64,000 nucleotides of DNA, taken from Desulfatiglandales bacterium. Lineage in GTDB: Bacteria > Desulfobacterota > DSM-4660 > Desulfatiglandales > Desulfatiglandaceae. Positions 1 to 7,249 of the stretch are shown here, piece by piece; positions within the stretch are counted from its first letter, which is position 1; the number at the start of each line of letters is the position of its first letter. Made by a program: the position numbers and the translations under genes. The stretch covers positions 6,624,001 to 6,688,000 of the forward strand of contig OY759599.1 in NCBI GenBank assembly GCA_963662465.1, written 5' to 3'. The notes below the pieces were generated by a model. The model ran no database searches, was not told where the DNA came from, and saw nothing but the letters and a program-made list of their open reading frames with translations.

Positions 1-1
1 A

Positions 2-394
2 GGGAACTGGGGTAAAAACTGGGGCAATACGCGGGGGCTCATCGGCAACAGTATGCCCGCGCTCCTTTCCTCCGCCATCCTTGACAACATGACCATGAAG
101 ATCAACGACGCCGAGACCTACAGCTTCTGGTTGGATGCGTCCTACCGAATTGGCCCCGTTACCCCGCATCTGATCTACGGCCAGATGAAGACCAAAAACG
201 ACTTTCAGAGTGCTGATTTTGAAGCCAGGAGCCAGATGTGGGGGGTGAGCATCCCCATTGACCTGGCCAAGGGGTTCAGGATCAGGCCCGAGTTCATGTG
301 GTATGACGATGGCGACCTCGACATCGAAGGGGTAGAGCCCTTTGGGCTGGGAAAATACGCCATTTACGGCGTTCAGTTTCAGGTCACCTTTTAG
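2..394 (+). CDS. Outer-membrane beta-barrel/porin-like protein, 3' part (5' end outside the window)
   Basis: Frame is open from nt 2 (GNWGKNWGNTRG...). Amphipathic aromatic strands; ends YAIYGVQFQVTF with a C-terminal Phe, the BAM-type signature. Confidence 0.75.
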   Translation, partial: GNWGKNWGNTRGLIGNSMPALLSSAILDNMTMKINDAETYSFWLDASYRIGPVTPHLIYGQMKTKNDFQSADFEARSQMWGVSIPIDLAKGFRIRPEFMWYDDGDLDIEGVEPFGLGKYAIYGVQFQVTF

Positions 395-418
395 CACTTC
401 TTTATATGTGAGGCATTG

Positions 419-441
419 CCGGGTCCGTACAGAAGACCCGG
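419..441 (+). terminator. Stem-loop downstream of the porin (CCGGGTC-9nt-GACCCGG); possible terminator or mRNA-stabilising hairpin
   Basis: Perfect 7-bp inverted repeat without a U-tract; duplicated at 3980-4002. Confidence 0.35.
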
Positions 442-477
442 GAGGAATATTCAACCCTTAAATCAGGAGATGGGTAA

Positions 478-840
478 GTGGACGCGTTCGGCGATCCGGT
501 TTTCACCCTGGGTCCCGGGGAATGCGTCTCCCCCACCATCGAGGAAGGGCGCTACACCCTAATCTTCACCCACGACGGCGCCGGCGGACCGGCCACCTTT
601 GTTCTGGAGCCGGTATCCGGCGAAACGGAGGTTTCCGCAAACTATAGCCAGGAAGATCTGGACCGACTCAAAAATACCAAAAAATGCCCGAATTGTGACT
701 TGAGCGGGGCGGATCTGAGCAAGGTGGATCTGACCGGGGCGAATCTGACCGGGGCGAATCTGGAGCTGACCACATGGCTTGACGGCAGAAAATGCGTGCC
801 TGGGTCTATTGGCATGTGCGTCCGTGGCCGACCCAATTGA
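478..840 (+). pseudogene. Pentapeptide-repeat protein copy 1, 5'-deleted and repeat-contracted (may still be translated from GTG478)
   Basis: Matches copy 3 but lacks the signal peptide, about 95 N-terminal codons and most A(D/N)LXX repeats. Keeps KKCPNCDLSGADL and the WLDGRKC...C cap. AGGAG lies 8 nt upstream of the GTG. Confidence 0.65.
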
Positions 841-1191
841 TTCATTTGATTCCCCCATGGTCTCTTGCCTCCTGTACATTATGCTCTCCTGAGGGTGCCT
901 GCTCTTTTCCGTCCTCAGGGAATGCCGGCGCAATAAAAAAGAATGGGAGGCGGATTAAACACGCATGATCCGGCCGCGGAACAATGCCTCCGTCAACTTT
1001 CCGTTGTGGGAGAGTAAGTCCTGGGTTCAGTAAGCAGTTTTCAGACCCGACAACAACGCTTTTCCAATATTGGCGATCATGCCGTATATCGTGGTTCCCA
1101 TATTTTTGGAGAAACTTGAGATAACCGATCTGAACTATTCCGAGGACTTCAAGATTGAAACGAAGCATTTTGTTTAAAAGGAGGAGGAAAC

Positions 1192-2196
1192 ATGCGGAAC
1201 AATGAAGCGAACACGGCCCCGAAACTGAAGAGATCAGCCATACCCTTGGCAATTCTTCTCACGTCTTTGGTTCTGGTATCGATCGTATGTCTGTTTGCCT
1301 GTTCAGGCGGTGACGATGGAAGCGACACGACACGTGTGGTGCAGGCAATGGTATATTTTGATGAAAATGGTCCTGTTGCCGTGGCGTTTGTTCAGGACGA
1401 AAACAAGAACTACGTATCTGATGCCGTTCTGACCATGAATGACAGGCCCTTTGAAGTCACGTTTGACGAAACCGGCATTCCCGTGTATTACCTGGAACTG
1501 TATGATCTGATGGGCGGGGATTCGTTGACGTTTTTCGCGAAGCGTTTGAACGGTACGACCATCTATGCACCGCCCTCCTCTCAAATTCCGTTGTCCATGG
1601 AACTGCTCGAACCGGTATCCGGTCAAACGGTCCTGCCGGGGGACGAGGTTCTTGTTCGCTGGGCAGGCGGCGATGGGGCAACGCACATAGCGGTCTTCTA
1701 TGGGGATAACGAGAGCAAAAAAGAATACTGGAATGATCAGGAGTATGAAGATGTAACATCCATGACGATCCCGGCAGGCGTCGTCCTTCAAGGCGGAGGC
1801 ATTATCGGTACGGCTGCGCTTTCAGGCGATTACCCCGACTTTGACGCTGAAACCGGTTTCGATGCATTTGAATCCTGGTTTGTTGTATACCAGGATGCTG
1901 TGTTGGCAATAGATGTTCCTGTAGAAAATGGCGCAGTTGACTTCGCACAACAAGGTGACGGGGCGGAATGTCCGAATTCACCCATGGATAAGTCCTCTGC
2001 GTCTGCTGCATGCACCGGTGAGTTCGCTGCAATCGTAGGCGGAATAATATGGGGTACACGCTGGGGGATAGATGCGGGTAAACACCCATATTGTCCAATT
2101 CCTTTCGGCCCCTTTGGTTATTGCATCGAATATTCGAAGCGTTTTTCACACACGGTGTGGGTGAGCGGGTGTGAATGTCCCACGAAGCCGAAGTAA
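1192..2196 (+). CDS. Lipoprotein of unknown function with a C-terminal 6-Cys domain, copy 1
   Basis: Strong RBS AGGAGGAGG; basic N-region and hydrophobic stretch, then LFA-C-SGG lipobox (Cys37); beta-rich body; paralog at 2762-3769. Confidence 0.85.
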   Translation: MRNNEANTAPKLKRSAIPLAILLTSLVLVSIVCLFACSGGDDGSDTTRVVQAMVYFDENGPVAVAFVQDENKNYVSDAVLTMNDRPFEVTFDETGIPVYYLELYDLMGGDSLTFFAKRLNGTTIYAPPSSQIPLSMELLEPVSGQTVLPGDEVLVRWAGGDGATHIAVFYGDNESKKEYWNDQEYEDVTSMTIPAGVVLQGGGIIGTAALSGDYPDFDAETGFDAFESWFVVYQDAVLAIDVPVENGAVDFAQQGDGAECPNSPMDKSSASAACTGEFAAIVGGIIWGTRWGIDAGKHPYCPIPFGPFGYCIEYSKRFSHTVWVSGCECPTKPK

Positions 2197-2220
2197 GACA
2201 TTTTTCAGTGAACTGGGTTT

Positions 2221-2775
2221 AAAGGAGAAAGCTATCAAAGATGGCGCAAGGTTTCGGGCCGCGTTTTGACCTCCTATGACTTCCTGGAAAACGCGGGACT
2301 GACGGCCCAAAATGATGATCTGATAGTGATCTTCCTGGATGGTGCCGGAACCCCGGAGGTGTCCATCCCCTATGAAAACGCGCAGACGCTCACCCGGACC
2401 ATTTGCTGGGATCAGGAGGATTCCTCGCACACGGCCACCCTGGTGGACGCGTTCGGCGAACCGGTTTTCACCCTGGGTCCCGGGGAATGTGTCTCCCCCA
2501 CCATCGAGGAAGGGCGCTACACCCTAATCTTCACCCACGACGGCGGCAGCGGACCGGCCACCTTTGTTCTGGAGCCGGTACCCGGCGAAACGGAGGTTTC
2601 CGCAAACTATAGCCAGGAAGATCTGGACCGACTCAAAAATACCAAAAAATGCCCGAATTGTGACTTGAGCGGGGCATTTCTGGCCGGAGCGAATCTGGAA
2701 AAGGCGAATCTGTGGACTTCAAGATTGAAACGAAGCATTTCATTTAAAAGGAGGAGGAAACATGCGGAACAATGA
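2221..2775 (+). pseudogene. Pentapeptide-repeat protein copy 2, lacking the signal peptide and the 3' repeats and cap
   Basis: Near-identical to copy 3 from GGAGAAAGCTATCAAAGATGG onward. Fused at about 2713 (GGACTTCAAGATTG) to the upstream region of lipoprotein copy 2. Confidence 0.75.
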
Positions 2776-3769
2776 AGCGAACACGGCCCCGAAACTGAAG
2801 AGATCAGCCATACCCTTGGCAATTCTTCTCACGTCTTTGGTTCTGGTATCAATCGTATGTCTGTTTGCCTGTTCAGGCGGTGACGATGGAAGTAACACGA
2901 CACGTGTGGTGCAGGCAATGGTATATTTTGATGAAAATGGTCCTGCTGCCGTGGCGTTTGTTCAGGACGAAAACAAGAACTACGTATCTGATGCCGTTCT
3001 GACCATGAATGACAGGCCCTTTGAAGTCACGTCTGACGAAACCGACATTCCCATTTATTATCTGGAACTGTATGATCTGATGGGCGGGGATTCATTGACG
3101 TTTGTCGCGAAGCGTTTGAACGGTACGACCATCTATGCACCGCCCCCCTCTCAAATTCCGTTGTCCATGGAACTGCTCGAACCGGTATCCGGTCAAACGG
3201 TCCTGCCGGGGGACGAGGTTCTTGTCCGCTGGGCAGGCGGCGATGGGGCAACGCACATCGCGGCCTTCTATGCGGATAACGAGAGCAAAAAAGAATACTG
3301 GAATGATCAGCAGTATGAAGATGTAACATCCATGACGATCCCGGCAGGCGTCGTCCTTCAGGGTGGAGGCATTATCGGTGCGGCCGCGCTTTCAGGCGAT
3401 TATCCCGCGTTTGACGCTGAAACCGGTTTCGATGCATTTGAATCCTGGTTTGTTGTATATCAGGATGCTGTGTTGGCAATAGATGTTCCTGTAGAAAAGG
3501 GCGCGGTTGACTTCGCACAACAAGGTGACGGGGCGGAATGTCCGAATTCACCCATGAATAAGTACGCTGCGGCTGCTGCATGCAGTACTGAGATTGGTGC
3601 AATCGTAGGCGGAATAATATGGGGTATACGCTGGGGGATAGATGCGGGTAAACACCCATATTGTCCAATTCTTTTGGGCCCCATTGGTTATTGCATTGAT
3701 TATTCCACGCGTTTTTCACACACGGTTTGGGTGAGCGGGTGTCTATGTCCCACGAATCCAAAGAAGTAA
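2762..3769 (+). CDS. Lipoprotein of unknown function with a C-terminal 6-Cys domain, copy 2
   Basis: Same RBS and lipobox as copy 1; about 90% aa identical by manual alignment. Confidence 0.85.
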   Translation: MRNNEANTAPKLKRSAIPLAILLTSLVLVSIVCLFACSGGDDGSNTTRVVQAMVYFDENGPAAVAFVQDENKNYVSDAVLTMNDRPFEVTSDETDIPIYYLELYDLMGGDSLTFVAKRLNGTTIYAPPPSQIPLSMELLEPVSGQTVLPGDEVLVRWAGGDGATHIAAFYADNESKKEYWNDQQYEDVTSMTIPAGVVLQGGGIIGAAALSGDYPAFDAETGFDAFESWFVVYQDAVLAIDVPVEKGAVDFAQQGDGAECPNSPMNKYAAAAACSTEIGAIVGGIIWGIRWGIDAGKHPYCPILLGPIGYCIDYSTRFSHTVWVSGCLCPTNPKK

Positions 3770-3890
3770 GACATTTTTCAGTGAACTGGGTTTAAAGGAG
3801 AAAGATATCGTCATTATCGGCCCGTGGCAGCATAGGGATGCCGATGCAGAAAAAAGGCCGGGCCTCCATTGGGTCTGATAGAAAAAGGCG

Positions 3891-4036
3891 GGGGTAGAAC
3901 CCTTTGGGCCGGGAAAATACGCCATTTACGGCGTTCAGTTTCAGGTGATTTTTTAGCGCTTTTTTTATGTGAGGCATTACCGGGTCCGTACAGAAGACCC
4001 GGGGGAAGATTCAACCCTTAAATCAGAAGATGGGTG
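3891..4036 (+). repeat. Duplicate of the porin 3' end, hairpin and start region (copy of about 329-476)
   Basis: GGGGTAGA.CCCTTTGGGC.GGGAAAATACGCCATTTACGGCGTTCAGTTTCAGGT... recurs with few mismatches. Confidence 0.9.
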
Positions 4037-4038
4037 AA

Positions 4039-5068
4039 ATGAAAATTAGAATGACTTTCATGATGGCGCTGCTTGTTTTATCAGGGCTTATCACAAATGT
4101 TTACGGAGAAAGCTATCAAAGATGGCGCAAGGTTTCGGGCCGCGTTTTGACCTCCTATGACTTCCTGGAAAACGCGGGACTGACGGCCCAAAATGATGAT
4201 CTGATAGTGATCTTCCTGGATGGTGCCGGAACCCCGGAGGTGTCCATCCCCTATGAAAACGCCCGGCCCCACACCCGGACCATTTGCTGGGATCAGGAGG
4301 ATTCCTCGCACACGGCGACCCTGGTGGACGCGTTCGGCGAACCGGTTTTCACCCTGGATGGTGGGTCCCGGGGAATGTGATTCTCCCCCACGGTTTTCAT
4401 CGAAGGAAGGGCGCTACACCCTAATCTTCACCCACGACGACGCCGGCGGCCCGGCCACCTTTGTTCTGGAGCCGGTATCCGGCGAAACGGAGGTTTCCGC
4501 AAACTATAGCCAGGAAGATCTGGACCGACTCAAAAATACCAAAAAATGCCCGAATTGTGACTTGAGCGGGGCGGATCTGAGCAAGGCGGATCTGAGCAAG
4601 GCGGATCTGCAAAGAGCGAATCTGACCGATGCGACTCTGACCGGAGCGGATCTGAAATGGGCGGATCTGACCGGGGCGGATCTGCGCGGGGCGGATCTGA
4701 CTGGGGCGGATCTGAAAATCGCGGATCTGTACGATGCGAATCTGACCGGGACGATTCTATACGGGGTGAAGAATCTGAAGAAGACGAGGAATCTGAACTT
4801 GGCGAATCTGACCGGAGCGTATCTGCTTGCGGCGAGTCTGAGTAGGGCGAAACTGACCGGGGCGAATCTGTACAAGGCGAATCTGAAATTCGTGGATCTG
4901 AGCGATGCGAAACTGACCGGGGCGGATCTGCGCTCGGCGGATCTGACATGGGCGGATCTGAGCGATGCGACTCTGCACGGGGCCAGTCTAGAGGGTGCCA
5001 CATGGGTAGACGGCAGAAAATGCGCGGCTGGGTCTATTGGCACGTGCGTCCCTGGCCGACCCAATTGA
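4039..5068 (+). pseudogene. Secreted pentapeptide-repeat protein copy 3, full length but frameshifted at about 4355-4405
   Basis: Signal peptide MKIRMTFMMALLVLSGLITNVYG, N-terminal domain, CPNCDLSG, more than 25 A(D/N)LXX repeats, WVDGRKCAAGSIGTC cap. Split over ORFs 4030-4380 and 4220-5068 by clustered small insertions. Confidence 0.8.
4560..5000 (+). repeat. Degenerate 15-bp tandem repeats (GCG(G/A)ATCTGNNNNNN) encoding the pentapeptide repeats
   Basis: Directly visible periodicity. Confidence 0.9.
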
Positions 5069-5285
5069 TCCATTCGATTCCGCAGGGCCTGTCTCCGGTG
5101 CATTATGCTCTCCCCGCCCGCACTTTTCCGTCCTCAGGGAATAGGACAATAGGGGACAGACCCCATTTTAATTCCCTCACACAAAAGATTTACTTTTCCC
5201 TCGTTCCCACAACGGAACTTGACTAGCGCAGTGCTGCCGTATAAAATAAAGCACAACAATACGTCGTAAGAAAATGGAGAGGACG

Positions 5286-5528
5286 ATGTAAACAAAATTA
5301 ACGCTGCGTTTGGAAAAACAGTTGGTTGAATTGGCAAAAGCGTACGCTTCTACCCAAGGGAAGTCGCTTTCAAAGATGGTCGCCGACTACTTTAAGTTGC
5401 TAAGCGACACTTGAGGGAAACAAAATGATGAATTTACCCCGATAGCCCTGTCTCTAAGAGGATCTTTGGGGAAAACTCAGATTGACGAATCGGATTATAA
5501 AAAGTATTTGCAGGAAAAATATTTGTGA
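5286..5528 (+). pseudogene. DUF6364-type (RHH) antitoxin pseudogene
   Basis: Manual translation: M*TKLTLRLEKQLVELAKAYASTQGKSLSKMVADYFKLLSDT*GKQNDEFTPIALSLRGSLGKTQIDESDYKKYLQEKYL. Two in-frame stops; RBS GGAGAGG. Confidence 0.75.
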
Positions 5529-5542
5529 AAATTTTATTCGAC
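5525..5542 (+). pseudogene. PIN-domain (VapC-like) toxin stub, first 6 codons only
   Basis: GTG overlaps the antitoxin stop (GTGA) and reads MKILFD, a typical PIN start (MKILFDTN). It is cut by the opposite-strand DUF1016 fragment. Confidence 0.55.
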
Positions 5543-5680
5543 TTGCCAGTACGTATCAATGAGTGCGACGTTTACTGCCTGAATAGCTTTATTTTTACCA
5601 TTTTGGATTATTTCCAATACCCTACCAAAATCTGTCTCAGCTATTTTAGTACGTACTGGGTGCTTAATTTCCTTATTCAT
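5540..5680 (-). pseudogene. DUF1016 (YhcG-like) N-terminal fragment
   Basis: MNKEIK...IIQNGKNKAIQAVNVALIDTYWQV resembles the DUF1016 N-terminal AVNxxLxxxYWxIG motif; truncated. Confidence 0.65.
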
Positions 5681-6001
5681 CACCGGCCTCCGTATTTTTA
5701 CCGGATTTGATCTGTTTCGCCGATTCTTTTGGAGGCAGAAATTTTTCACCGGTAAGCACGCTTTTCCCGGTTTTTTCTTCCAGGTCAAGCCGCGCTCTTT
5801 TAGCGATTTTTCCGCCTTGCCCTCTTTTTTGAGGCGGTTTTTTAGTCCTTTCCAGTAATTGCGGGCCGCTTGGTAATCCTTCTGTTGAATCAAAACGACA
5901 ATGATGTCTGCCACCGAAAAAAGCCAGATTTCGGTTTTTTCGTCATATACACGGCGTATCTTGTGGTCTTCGAATACGGCTAAGGCGATTTCTTTTGTCA
6001 T
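5673..6001 (-). pseudogene. Bro-N-domain protein, internally deleted
   Basis: N-terminus FEDHKIRRVYDEKTEIWLFSVADII...ARNYWKGLKNRLKKEG is joined out of frame to the C-terminus GGKIAKRARLDLEEKTGKSVLTGEKFLPP. Confidence 0.7.
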
Positions 6002-6174
6002 TTCAAGTCCTCCGCGCTGCCGACAATCTCTGCCAGCATGGCCACTATCTCCGATTCCAGTTCTTTGACATCGGCGGCAATATCTTCCAGAGCACGGGGC
6101 GGTTCATAGCGATAGAAATGGCGGTTCAGCGGAATCTCATAACCCACCTTGGTTTTGCTGTGATCAATCCATGT
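5998..6174 (-). pseudogene. hsdM: Type I restriction-modification methyltransferase (HsdM) C-terminal fragment
   Basis: WIDHSKTKVGYEIPLNRHFYRYEPPRALEDIAADVKELESEI is a characteristic HsdM C-terminus. Confidence 0.8.
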
Positions 6175-6409
6175 AAGCATACGGCTGCACACTGCAACCG
6201 ATTCCAATATCACTCCAGCCAAGTCGTTCCGCGACTTCCCGATGCTCTGGTGGGAACGCAACAGACCCACATCCAAAAAATTCGCTGACGTAGCTTATAT
6301 TTCGAACTTCACCCTGCTCGTCATTGCTGGACGCTCTCAATGGAACCCAGGTTGCACTAGAGAAGGCTCGGCGAGTTTCCTTTTTTTGGAGAATCCAGTC
6401 TTGCTTCAT
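6175..6409 (-). pseudogene. 5' fragment of a hypothetical protein
   Basis: MKQDWILQKKETRRAFSSATWVPLRAS...FFGCGSVAFP reads like real protein but ends at the hsdM junction. Confidence 0.4.
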
Positions 6410-6800
6410 AGATCATCATTTTCCATCGGCATAACGATTGTGCGGTTTTTTTTGCCATCAAATATCCACTTCTGCATATTAATTGTGCATCACATTATGG
6501 TACGGGGAATCGCGCATCGAGATATATTCAGGGGTAATATAAAAATCGTGCTGCCGGAAACCAAAAGGTCTTGTTATGTTTACCCCCGGCGACGGTGATG
6601 GGGAGGCTTCTAACCGGACATGCAGTCAGTTTTAATCGCTGACACAAGCAACCTTATCCGAGTCCCGAACAGCGCAGGTATGGCCGCCGCCTTCAGAATT
6701 GATACAGGTCAATGGTATACCCGAATGGCTTCAATCTCTATCATTCAGCCAAAAAGGCAGCATGTCAATTTGGAATTTCAATAAAGTGGTTGAACACCAA

Positions 6801-7001
6801 TGTCTATGCGGTTGACCTCCAAAAGGGCTTTTGCTATGATGAAACCATGCACACTGCGGAATGATCAGCGTAATCTGAATGAGGGATATCACAGATGCCC
6901 AAAAACGGCGAGAGCCGCTTTATACCCAAAACTTTGCCGGATTTTCAGAATCACTTCCCAAATGATGAAGCCTGCATTGCGTACTTCTACACCAAGAGAT
7001 T
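6801..7001 (+). mobile_element. IS1595-family remnant: putative left end plus about 35 N-terminal transposase codons (ATG6895)
   Basis: PKTLPDFQNHFPNDEACIAYFYTKRFP matches the IS1595 transposase N-terminus (F...FP.E.AC..YL...RWP). TGTCTATGCGGTTGAC at 6801 is a candidate terminal IR. Confidence 0.65.
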
Positions 7002-7249
7002 CCCCGCCTCAACAACCGGAACACCCACGGCACCGGATGTGCTTTCTCAGCGGCCCTGGCACTCTGGTGCCCCAAGGATGCCCCATGCCCGAGGCGGTGA
7101 GACAGGCCAAACAGTTCATTAACCGGGCCATCGTCCTGGCACTGGATTTCGGGGCCGGGCACGGTCCCACCAACCATTACGCCCATGTGCTTCAATGTAT
7201 TGCGGATAAGGAGAATGACCCATGGCCCTACATGAAAAAGATACCGTAA
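7002..7249 (+). pseudogene. thiD: Hydroxymethylpyrimidine/phosphomethylpyrimidine kinase 3' remnant
   Basis: PRLNNRNTHGTGCAFSAALA, frameshift near 7060, then ...EAVRQAKQFINRAIVLALDFGAGHGPTNHY; carries the ThiD motifs HGTGC and GxGHGP.NH. Confidence 0.8.

Noticed and set aside
841..1191. Riboswitch or ncRNA in the lipoprotein leader
   Set aside because: Only short hairpins (e.g. CCTGAGG...CCTCAGG); no recognisable family motif
1981..3769. Diversity-generating retroelement explanation for the variable lipoprotein tails
   Set aside because: Differences involve all four bases rather than being adenine-specific, both copies are full genes, and there is no reverse transcriptase or template repeat in the window
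3805..3890. DIVIIG/GSIGMPM-like Rossmann fragment after lipoprotein 2
   Set aside because: Too short and needs a frameshift; cannot be supported
4560..5000. CRISPR-like array
   Set aside because: The 15-bp periodicity is in-frame coding for pentapeptide repeats; no spacers and no cas genes
5534..6001. 155-aa ORF as one intact protein
   Set aside because: Chimera of a Bro-N N-terminus, out-of-frame sequence and a DUF1016 fragment
6605..6665. Possible integron attC site (GTTAGAA on the minus strand next to an imperfect hairpin)
   Set aside because: No matching inverse core site found and no integrase or cassette array nearby
6800..7249. 149-aa ORF as a real gene
   Set aside because: Only its 3' end is meaningful (thiD remnant); the 5' part is off-frame IS sequence
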